64,000 bases of DNA from contig CAVTWJ010000012.1 of NCBI GenBank assembly GCA_963738405.1, positions 94,609 to 158,608 of the forward strand, in the 5' to 3' direction. This document shows positions 53,311-61,827 of the stretch, piece by piece. The translations under genes and the position numbers were made by a program. Positions within the stretch are counted from its first letter, which is position 1; each line of letters begins with the position of its first letter. The notes beneath the pieces were generated by a model that was not told where the DNA came from, made no database searches, and worked only from the letters and a program-made list of their open reading frames with translations. The stretch comes from a candidate division FCPU426 bacterium (GTDB lineage Bacteria; Oederibacteriota; Muellerivitia; Muellerivitales; Muellerivitaceae).

Positions 53311-53402
53311 ACCAGCATTTTAATCGGCACCTTCTATTTGTAAAATGGAATATGGAGGCCTGACCCCTTTTTTTTATAGATGATTAATTCCCTGCTTATA
53401 TA

Positions 53403-53439
53403 GTTGCACACCATCCTTTTTGCGAGGGCCATGTGCAGG
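53403..53439 (+). repeat. 37-bp repeat R5
   Basis: Exact copy. Confidence 0.99.
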
Positions 53440-54010
53440 CCATTGGGAGGCCCTGGTTGGAACCGATTTTTTCACTTGGGAGGTCTGGGAACCTTGGGGC
53501 TTGACCACTTATTACGTACTTTTCCTTATCCACCAAGCGAGCCGAAAAGTCCACATAGCCGGTATCACGACCAACCCTGATGGGGATTGGATGAAGCAAA
53601 TAGCCAAAAACCTAACCATGCCGGACTGGGGTTTCCTCAAACAAGGGATGATTTTATTGCACGATCGGGGCGGTCAATTCTGCCCGACTTTCCGGCGAAT
53701 CTTGCAAAACGAGGGAATCCAAACCCTGATGCTTCCCTTCCAAAGCCCAAATCTCAATGCCTATGCGGAACGTTGGGTAAGGTCCGTAAAGGAAGAATGC
53801 TTATCCAAGATGATTATTTTGGGAGAACCGATGTTACGAAACTCTTTGAAGGAATATCTCGCTCATTTCCATGGGGAGCGTCCCCACCAAGGACTTGGCC
53901 GTATTCCCTTTCCTGCCCGAGAACTAACCAGAGGAAGCCCAAAGGGCAAGATCGTCTGTCGTCAAAGGCTCGGCGGAATCCTTAACTTCTACTTCCGGGA
54001 GGCGGCGTGA
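53440..54010 (+). pseudogene. 5'-truncated integrase-core (DDE) transposase
   Basis: HWEALVGTDFFTWE...LLHDRGGQF...PNLNAYAERWVRSVKEEC...RPHQGLG; closely matches 63466-64000 but lacks everything upstream, which is replaced by R5. Confidence 0.9.
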
Positions 54011-54039
54011 ATAAGTGAACCCTACGCCCTTTACCTCGG

Positions 54040-54585
54040 CTACTTTAGCAATAGAGTAAATCGGAAGAGATTCATGAGAAAAACCAAAACCAAAAACGGA
54101 ATCCCAAACAATAGGGCCAAATCGAAAACCAGTCTTTTAAACGTCGGCTGTAATGATTTTCCTAATTTGTAAAAAAAAGTGATGTACAAAAAAGCTATCA
54201 GGAGCGGAACAAAAAAACACAGCCACGACCGCACGCCCCCATTCCACCCCGAAATAAACAAGCCAAACACGATCACATAAAGGAAAATCAAAAACCCCAA
54301 AAGAGTCTCGAACCATTTCAAATGCGGCTTCTCGCGATCCCACGAGCCCCTAGCCTTTTGGACGGCGATATGCGCCACAACTGTCGTCCCCAAAAACAGC
54401 GGAAACAAGAAAAGACACCCATACCCCAAAGTGTTAGAAATTTGATCTTCTTGAAAAATAGAACGCTCATTGACGAGTTTTTCCCAAAAGCCTTCAAGAA
54501 CAATCAAAAAAAACAAAACGGCGGCTACCCACACTCCGAGTTTTTCATAGTTCACCGCCGTCCCCTTATGCGTTCTCATGGGCAA
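54040..54585 (-). CDS. Membrane protein, putative immunity protein
   Basis: About five TM segments; overlaps the stop of the upstream toxin-like ORF. Confidence 0.6.
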   Translation of the reverse strand: MPMRTHKGTAVNYEKLGVWVAAVLFFLIVLEGFWEKLVNERSIFQEDQISNTLGYGCLFLFPLFLGTTVVAHIAVQKARGSWDREKPHLKWFETLLGFLIFLYVIVFGLFISGWNGGVRSWLCFFVPLLIAFLYITFFYKLGKSLQPTFKRLVFDLALLFGIPFLVLVFLMNLFRFTLLLK

Positions 54586-54950
54586 CCGCCAGGATTAATG
54601 TTTGGTTGTTTAAAGAGTTGGAAGCCCGCCGATATGTCAGCCGCCGCCCGTTGACTATTCCCAAGGGGTGTCTTGGGTACTCCAGGCCCAATAGGATTGC
54701 TCCACGGTAACTTTCGGACAAGCGCCGCTATCTCTTGTGCCTGCTCTTCTGTATAACCCGCCGCCGCCATATAGACTCCGTAATTCACATTTCCCAAATC
54801 ATGCAGTTGTACCTTCGTGTAAAAGTCAGGGTTGTTGTAGTCATAGCCGTAAGGGTTGTTGGGGTTATAGTTGGAATTTACAAAAGGCAAAACGTGCGTG
54901 CCCCAGTCATCGGGCCCGCCCTGGCCCAATAGTTGGTTTATTGAAAATTT
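54576..54950 (-). pseudogene. Orphan polymorphic toxin C-terminus (Ntox44-like RNase)
   Basis: NQLLGQGGPDDW...HDLGNVNYGVYMAAAGY resembles the GNxNYG motif of Ntox44; no convincing native start; 5' limit approximate. Confidence 0.6.
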
Positions 54951-54977
54951 TTGAAATTTTATTCACTGTTTCCGGCC

Positions 54978-55231
54978 TCATTTTATTGCAAACGTCGAAT
55001 CTGGAATTCCCTTATCCACTTCATCCGTCACCACATCCATATCCGCACTCACGTCGAAATTATTCGTATGGCTTTCAGTGTGTGTATGCAAAGGATGGTA
55101 AGTGCTCCCAATTTTTTGGTAGGTCGCGTCCATGTTTAAGACCGTCTTCCCATTTTTGTCCTTCCCTTCCATGTGGGTAACTGTGTTGGTATCCGGATCA
55201 ACCTTGATGGTTGCATGATCCACGTTCTTTG
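54978..55231 (-). pseudogene. C-terminal fragment cut at repeat 6 (LolA-like lipoprotein-sorting protein tail)
   Basis: ATIKVDPDT...KDKNGKTV...EVDKGIPDSTF; the only start codon is a GTG inside the repeat. Confidence 0.55.
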
Positions 55232-55268
55232 GTTGCACACCATCCTTTTTGCGAGGGCCATGTGCAGG
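55232..55268 (+). repeat. 37-bp repeat R6
   Basis: Exact copy. Confidence 0.99.
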
Positions 55269-55271
55269 TCA

Positions 55272-55976
55272 TCATTTCCAATAAATATTAAAAACAAGAA
55301 TTAAATAATTGATCACTCCGTGGCATACAAGAGAGGTTATCAAAACATTTGTCTTTTCATACAAAAGTCCTAAAACAAGCCCACTTAGTAAATAATATAA
55401 AAAATCATAACCTCCTCTTGATGAAGTAAAAGTAATATGCATAGTAGCGAAAACAAAACCTTGAAGAATTAATGCCCACCATAAATTCATATGGTTTTTA
55501 AAAAAATTAAAGACAATTCCTCGGAAAAAAAATTCTTCACTTATGGGTCCTAATATAATTGTTTGAAATCCTAAAATAGTAACGGGAAAAGTTAAGACAC
55601 TTATCCATCCTATTTCATTTTTAGGGGCTGTATGTATAAGTGACAAATTCCAATAAGGGGTAAGACGAACAAAAATAATCAGGGCAAAACCAACCAAAAT
55701 ACCAATTATCCAATTCCGATCTAAATAACTACTCTTATTTAATAAAATGATTTGTTTAAAGAAATTCTTATTTTTGAACTTTGCATAATAAAAAGGGACA
55801 ACAATGTTAATAATCAATGCAAAATACCCAAACAGAAATTCTGCGATCAAATTATTATTGAGGAAATATTGGGCAAAAAGAAAACCAATAAATTTTAAAA
55901 TAAATATAAAAATTACAAGTAAAGAAAAGTCAATTAATGTTAAATCAAATTTATTCTTAAGGTGGTACGCTGCCAT
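55272..55976 (-). CDS. CPBP/Abi (CAAX protease-like) intramembrane protein, putative immunity
   Basis: PISEEFFFRG, FATMH and CHGVIN motifs; overlaps the end of the Rhs ORF; stop codon 3 nt from R6. Confidence 0.9.
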   Translation of the reverse strand: MAAYHLKNKFDLTLIDFSLLVIFIFILKFIGFLFAQYFLNNNLIAEFLFGYFALIINIVVPFYYAKFKNKNFFKQIILLNKSSYLDRNWIIGILVGFALIIFVRLTPYWNLSLIHTAPKNEIGWISVLTFPVTILGFQTIILGPISEEFFFRGIVFNFFKNHMNLWWALILQGFVFATMHITFTSSRGGYDFLYYLLSGLVLGLLYEKTNVLITSLVCHGVINYLILVFNIYWK

Positions 55977-56910
55977 TACAAATGGCCTCCCAAAACGCTT
56001 TCCAATTAAAAAAGCTATCCCAATTATCCATTAATTCGCCGGGAAATTGATGACCAGAATATGATTTTGCCGTGTCAACATCATCAAGCCAATCGACAAC
56101 ATCATTATTAAGTAATGGGCTTATTACAGCAGGAACTATTTCTAAATTTCCAGGGCCATAAATGTTGGGGAACGGAAGGTATTGTGTGTTATAAGGCCAA
56201 ACATTAGGCGTCTTAACTACACCATTATTCGCATTGTTTTTCCCATTACCATTTCCTACCCCACAAATACTACAACCGCCACCACCGTTACTAGATGGAG
56301 TTGATGTTGGCGTTGGGTTTTGGACAGGTGTTGGTGGTGAACAAAGTAAACCAGATAGATCAATAAATCTAAATGGGTTGTTTAATACCATCGAATATAA
56401 GTTTTGTCCGGCTCTTTCATTCAAAGGGTCTCGGTTCAACCATCTTCCCTTATTTGCGTCGTAGGCTCTGAATAAAGTTAAGTCTAATCCTGTTGCATTT
56501 TCTTGGTAGAAACCTGTGTAACCAAAGTCGGAATCCAGATCACCGGATAGCTTTGTCTTTCTCCCATACGTATCGTAATCATAATTTGCATGAATAGTTC
56601 CACCACCGTCCGTCATTTCTCTTATGTTTTCGAGATGATCTCTTGTATAAAAATACTGTGTTGTACCGATAATCTCTCCCATAACAAAGAACTGTTTGGC
56701 TACCGTGTGCCCGGTCGCGTCCCTTTGTTGACATAACTGTCCCCAGCACCAAACAAGTGTTTTATTCGTTAAAACTATTGCCCCATGACTTTCAGTTATG
56801 CCTATCCTTCTTCCCCAACCGTCATAGCTCATCGTTACCGTATCCGCCACTCCTGGCGGCTGGGGGTTCAGGAAGGTGACGCTGATCAACCTGTTTTCCG
56901 CATTCCTGTT
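55957..56910 (-). pseudogene. Orphan Rhs core fragment with variable C-terminus
   Basis: AENRLISV, YDGWGRR, YTRDHLENIRE, FGYTG, FRAYDANKGRWLNRDP, NNPFRFIDLSGL; 5' limit approximate. Confidence 0.9.
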
Positions 56911-56930
56911 TAAGAAAAGCAAAATCAATT

Positions 56931-57428
56931 CTAGGTTTTATTTGAATACTTTCTTTGAAAAGCTTCAATGTCAGGACCCAATTCTAAATTTGGTATTTTC
57001 GATTTGATAATTTCAATAAGTTGGCACAAATCACTTCCGTTAAACAAAACGGCTAAATGCATAGAAAATGTTTTACTCGCATTTAAAGAAGCGTTTGGGT
57101 TCATACAGAAAATTGTGAGCGAGGGAAAAACCCCAATAACAGAATTTATTTTTTTTATTTCTTCCCATCTAACCATTTGGCCTTTAGATAAAACACCACT
57201 CTCCTTAATCCCTTCTTCGTAGACTATTAATTTAATTGTCAATATAAACGGTACTATTGGGCCAAGCAGACCATAAAAGATAAAATTTAACGTGATATAA
57301 AGGGTGGGCAAGTGGCCGATGAAATTTACCCATGCTGGAATAACAAACACTAAAAGGAAAAAAATCACAAAAACCCACCAGATTTTAGAAATTCTAAAAA
57401 CCTTAAAAGATTTTTTCATTTCGCCCAA
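56931..57428 (-). CDS. Two-TM protein, putative immunity protein
   Basis: SD GGAGGG; two TM segments plus a soluble tail (VRWEEIKKI); directly downstream of a toxin-like tip. Confidence 0.6.
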   Translation of the reverse strand: MGEMKKSFKVFRISKIWWVFVIFFLLVFVIPAWVNFIGHLPTLYITLNFIFYGLLGPIVPFILTIKLIVYEEGIKESGVLSKGQMVRWEEIKKINSVIGVFPSLTIFCMNPNASLNASKTFSMHLAVLFNGSDLCQLIEIIKSKIPNLELGPDIEAFQRKYSNKT

Positions 57429-57475
57429 GGTTTTCCCTCCTCCCTGTTGAATTTAAATCAACTCAATGAAAAACC

Positions 57476-57719
57476 TTACCCATTGCATCCAGGATTAATG
57501 TTAACTATTGGACTGTGTAATAAACTAGAAAGTCCACATAACAAACCTTCCGCAGTAAGCTCTAATACTTCCATAACGCTGTAACCAATATCTCCCATAC
57601 CGAGTGCCAGTTGCCCACCAGGCCCCGCCGTTTTACACGCCATATAATCTAAAAGATTTAAATTGGGTGCGCGTTTATCAGCAAGTCCGAACCCAATTTC
57701 CAAAAGGCCTGATCCTAAA
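57476..57719 (-). pseudogene. C-terminal fragment cut at repeat 7 (probable Rhs toxin tip)
   Basis: Gly/Leu-rich frame LGSGLLEIGFG...NINPGCNG is open from the repeat edge. Confidence 0.55.
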
Positions 57720-57756
57720 GTTGCACACCATCCTTTTTGCGAGGGCCATGTGCAGG
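57720..57756 (+). repeat. 37-bp repeat R7
   Basis: Exact copy. Confidence 0.99.
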
Positions 57757-57931
57757 CACGGTCGTATTAATGACTTCAGTATTCTTGGGCGGCGTTGGAA
57801 TGAGCCTGGCCCAAACTCCGGTTCCGTCTGGAGCTCCGAGAAAGATTGTCAAACATGTTAAGCATGCGAAGGTCGTTAAGGTTTGGAAGGCGGCGAAACC
57901 CTATTCTTCCAAAACACCAACGGTTAAATAA
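57757..57931 (+). pseudogene. Small secreted Lys-rich protein with its signal peptide cut by repeat 7
   Basis: TVVLMTSVFLGGVGMSLA-QTPVPS...KHVKHAK... lacks the basic n-region and native start. Confidence 0.55.
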
Positions 57932-57981
57932 TTAATAATTGGTGTTTGTTTATTCAACGAATAACTTTGGATGCCCTTGCG

Positions 57982-58635
57982 TTAAGATGTTAACTTTTCG
58001 TAAATAATAACATTAGAATTTTTTAATACTTTAAGATTATACGTCATTCCCTCGGATAAATAATTTCTTGAAAAGTATAGTGTATAAAAAGAATTATTTT
58101 CCCCTTTTAAAAGAATATTTTGTATTAAAAACCATGTCTGCGGCATGGGTCCGGGGGTATCAGCATCTATAATTGACGTTTTGGAAACCATAATTTGTTC
58201 ACCTGTAATAAGACCGGAAATATCTTTAACTAAAGGTATATTGATATAAATTCCCACAAAAAAGACAAATACGGAGAATATTTTTGTAACCAGGTGCCAG
58301 GTTTTAAATGTAATATTCCGATATTTTTGGCTATCAAGTGTTCCTGATTTTTCTTGAGTCAGAAACCTTGGATTTAAAAAAATATAAACTGCAAGAATCG
58401 GTATTTCGCCCTTAACAATTATTGCCCCAATTAAGTGAACTACTACTTCTGGCAACAGCAACATAAACAACAAAAACAAACCTAAAGAAAACAACCAGAT
58501 AGACGAATAAATAATTATTTTTTTGTTTCTGGAAGAACTTTGTAATTTGTGGCCTTTGATCTCATTCAGCAGGTTTCGTTTTTGCATCCTCTTTTTGGTT
58601 ATCTCCGCCCGTAATATGGTTAATGCCATTTTCAA
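57982..58635 (-). CDS. Membrane protein, putative Rhs immunity protein
   Basis: AT-rich, about three TM segments, overlaps the 3' end of the Rhs gene; start uncertain. Confidence 0.6.
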   Translation of the reverse strand: MKMALTILRAEITKKRMQKRNLLNEIKGHKLQSSSRNKKIIIYSSIWLFSLGLFLLFMLLLPEVVVHLIGAIIVKGEIPILAVYIFLNPRFLTQEKSGTLDSQKYRNITFKTWHLVTKIFSVFVFFVGIYINIPLVKDISGLITGEQIMVSKTSIIDADTPGPMPQTWFLIQNILLKGENNSFYTLYFSRNYLSEGMTYNLKVLKNSNVIIYEKLTS

Positions 58636-61178
58636 CGGTTTTGTTTACTTTATCTTCAGCGCCAGTCCCTTTATAAATACTTTCTTCTTCATTAGAAGCT
58701 ACACTAGATAAAGTTCTGGCACCAAATAATTTAACTCCGGTCTTTACGGAAATATCACTTATTTCCTTTTTCGCTCCATTTAATGCATTTTCCACACCTT
58801 CTCCGAATTTTGTTTTTATCTGTTTCTCTAACGCGGTTATGCTTCCTTTGCCCGTAATATCATTAAGTTTTAGAGTTTTTGCTACTTTGTCAAAAAGTTT
58901 GCTTGTTACAAGACTGGTTCCTATTTCTGTAACATATGATGCAGCATTAAATTTTGATGATTTCCCTTCGATGACATCATGTATCTGCCCAAGAAGATTC
59001 GAAGTCGTTGCGGAAGCAACAGCCCCAGCAGCAGGCGATCCATATAAAGTAGCTTCTCCTCCGACACCGCCAGCTATTGCAGCTTGAAAGTAACCAAATC
59101 CATCCGTTTTGCCCGAAATTTTTTGTGCAATAGCTTCAGTTACTATTCCCCCAACAACCCCAGCTGATATTGCAGCCACATCGTCCCATCCAGCCCACCT
59201 TCCATCGGTATCCCGGAGTTTCACCGGATTATTTTGTGCATATGAATAAAGACCAAGATTCCCAGGGTTATAAATACCGTTGTGGGGCTTTCCGTTCAAA
59301 TAAGTATCCAAAATGGGGTCGGGACTTTGCCAAACACTCGTCCTCGGATCGTAATACCGTACTCCGAAATAATACAGCCCAGTCTCTGAATCCCATTCTT
59401 TATCAGTGAAAGAGTAGTTCGGGAAAAGTTGAAGGCTCGCTTCCTGGTCGATCCAAAATTCGCCAAATGGAATGTATTCAATATGTTCGGACAAGACTCC
59501 AGATCCATCGGACATGTAGCCAGTGCTTCCCAAATGATCGGGATGGTAGAAGAATACAAAGTAGTTCTGGGGTATCACGCTGGAACTAGGCCACACACCC
59601 TGACAGGAAGAGGGAGTACCAACGGTTGCCGCTGCCGACTGAACATAAGCTGTCTGACCGTTGTAATAGACTTCGTAAAAACCCGTATATTGGTTCAACG
59701 TCTGCAGGGTCAATGTCTGACAACTGTTGATTGTTCCTAAAACGGTCCCTTCCACCGAATCAGATGCATATAGCGGCGTGCCATCACTCAAAACGGTCAC
59801 ATATTGAATCTGTTGACTTGACCCATTGTTATTGCCTTGGGAATCAACTTGCTGACTGTACTGGCTCCAATTGGCATTCCGGCCCCAACTCATATTGGCT
59901 GAACTCACAAGAGTATATCCACTGCTGTTTCCACAAGAAGGACAGGGAGTGCAATTGGGGCAAGGGAAAGTCGCCTGATCAATCGCCAAGGTCTGATCAT
60001 CCTTCGCATTCACAATCTGGCTGGCAATCCTATTTGAACCTATAAAAATGTGCTTGCTAGCCACAAAACCGTTACAACTTTGAGGCTTCTCAAGTGTGTA
60101 AAACTGATTAATGTAGGCGTTGATATTACCACCTTGGAGCTTGTAAACGCGGCTTCCCTTATCGTCATAAACAAAATGAACATCACTAGTATTAGTCGCT
60201 TGAACTCCAGGATCACCGTCGCCTACTGCTACAAGACGATTTTCCTCATCCCATACCATGTTGCGGTTTGTGCTGTAATCGCAGTCACCAGGCAAAACGT
60301 CAAAACCTAATTGGTTTCCATTGCTGTCGTAGAAGAAGTCCCGTAGGCCGATCTGCGTAGGGGCATGTGGATGGGTACTGTTGTAAGAATACTTCCAATC
60401 GTAGGTCAGACGGGTATCGGGTCCAATCGTTGTCAGCCCCGTCGGCTCATTCACTTGGGTAAAGGTTGCCGCCTGATTCTTTTCTTGGATGTTGTTAATG
60501 TTGTCATAAGTCATCGCAAGGTTATAAGTACTGTCGTAGGTCGATCCACAAGAAGGATCGAAAATCGAATGGATTGTTCCCGTGGCATTCGTCAGCCGAT
60601 AAAGGTCGTCGTAACCAAAGGTCTGGGTTACTCCCCCACCTAACAAATGTCCAGGCATAGGTGCTATCGCGTTGGCAAAGGTCGTAACATTGCCAACTGC
60701 GTCATAACTATAGTTTAGATTTTGGAAAGTTACAGGCCCAGTCAGGCTTTGCAGATTGCTTAACCGTCGAGTTGTTGGTACATATGAGTAACTTGTCTGG
60801 GTTCCATTTCCATGTTGTAAGAATACCCTTTGCTCAAACTTATCGTACTCAAGCCGTAACACATAAGGAAATATCTCATTTTTAACCGTGCCTGTCGCCA
60901 TCCTAGGTAATCCACCCGAGTCGTATTCATAAGTCAGAACTTCACCATCGGGATATGTCATTGCTTCCAGGCGGCCCCAGGTATCAAAGGTGTATTGGGT
61001 CACGTAAGTTAGCGGCATGGCACCTGCGGCGTAAAGACTGCCACTCGGTGCTCCCCAACCCGTGAACGAACCAGAAGAGCCAGAAGTAGTATTGGATGTT
61101 CCAGAACGACCCCATCCGGAAGAACTCCCGCTTCCTGAACCTTCCCATACCCCGAATCCTCCGCAGGTGGGGCATTGG
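58562..61178 (-). pseudogene. 5'-truncated large Rhs/YD-repeat toxin
   Basis: YTFDTWGRL, YSYDAVGNV, FGYDDLYRL, WDEENRL, YHPDHLGST, FTDKEWDSETGLYYFGVRYYDP, NNPVKLRDTDG; the frame is open from 61177 (QCPTCGG...) at the R8 edge. Confidence 0.92.
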
Positions 61179-61215
61179 GTTGCACACCATCCTTTTTGCG
61201 AGGGCCATGTGCAGG
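61179..61215 (+). repeat. 37-bp repeat R8
   Basis: Exact copy. Confidence 0.99.
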
Positions 61216-61827
61216 TTCAGGGATTGCCCGGTCTTTGGGGGAGGTAATCCCGGTGATGTGGAAGGCGGAACCCTTCAGGGTGAGGCTTTGCACCTCCATT
61301 GCCGAATTGTCCGCCCTGTCTTTATTGCGCGGATCAAGAAAAAAGGCCATCCAACCGCGCCATTAAATTATGTCATCTATACCAATGATTTTATGAAACA
61401 TCTCACCACCTTTTCCTATTCGGGGGAGGTCGTGACACCGGACCAGGCTCCTGTTTCCTATCAATGGGTGACTTTTGGTATTGACCCGGTAAATCCGTCC
61501 AAACCCTTTGAGGCTCAATGCACCTATCTCGGTTTCCAAACTGATTCAGGTCACCCGGTTAAAGAGGACCCAGGTTGCGATGATTGTTATTTGGTGTCGG
61601 AGGTGGGAAATTCAGGGGATTTGGCAAATTCGGCCGAGATGTCATTTGACGGGGGTGCCCATCTTTCAAGGGCGGCCTATTCAACCGACGGGGGTAAAAC
61701 CTGGCTGGATAAATTCGAATGGGACGCCAATATCGTCATCTTAGGGCCCGACTGTATTGAACCTCAAAAGCTTGAGGGTATTTCCATACCGACACCCCAA
61801 CCCCTCCCTAAGGAATTGAACCAATGA
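61216..61827 (+). pseudogene. Probably 5'-truncated hypothetical protein beginning at repeat 8
   Basis: Open frame FRDCPVFGGG...AAYSTDGGKTW...; coupled (ATGA) to the next gene; an in-frame ATG lies inside the repeat. Confidence 0.55.

Larger units (their letters stand above)
51086..53376 (-). mobile_element. Y1/RAYT-like element copy 2, left inverted repeat split by IS3
   Basis: Right IR 53344-53369 is identical to copy 1; left IR reconstructs as AAGGGGCCAGGC (51086-51097) plus CTACATTTTACACT (52363-52376). Confidence 0.75.
49781..61215. CRISPR. CRISPR-like array of eight co-oriented 37-bp repeats with both short and kilobase spacers; no cas genes in window
   Basis: Repeats start at 49781, 49848, 50962, 51037, 53403, 55232, 57720 and 61179; intervals 30, 1077, 38, 2329, 1792, 2451 and 3422 nt. 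The repeats are certain; the CRISPR assignment is inference. Confidence 0.6.

Noticed and set aside
49781..61215. 37-bp repeat as an integron attC site or Xer dif/pdif site
   Set aside because: It is shorter than attC sites, lacks the RYYYAAC...GTTRRRY core pair, and is nearly invariant. It does not resemble the 11-6-11 XerC/XerD consensus. No tyrosine integrase is in the window and the cargo ORFs are truncated.
49781..61215. 37-bp repeat as a MITE simply inserted into genes
   Set aside because: All eight copies are co-oriented, there are no target duplications, and at R5 and R8 the flanks do not rejoin into one gene.
49781..61215. 37-bp repeat as a sequencing adapter or mate-pair linker
   Set aside because: It does not match the Illumina/Nextera or 454 linker sequences I know, one copy has a point variant, and all copies are confined to one accessory region. 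Only read mapping can fully exclude an artefact.
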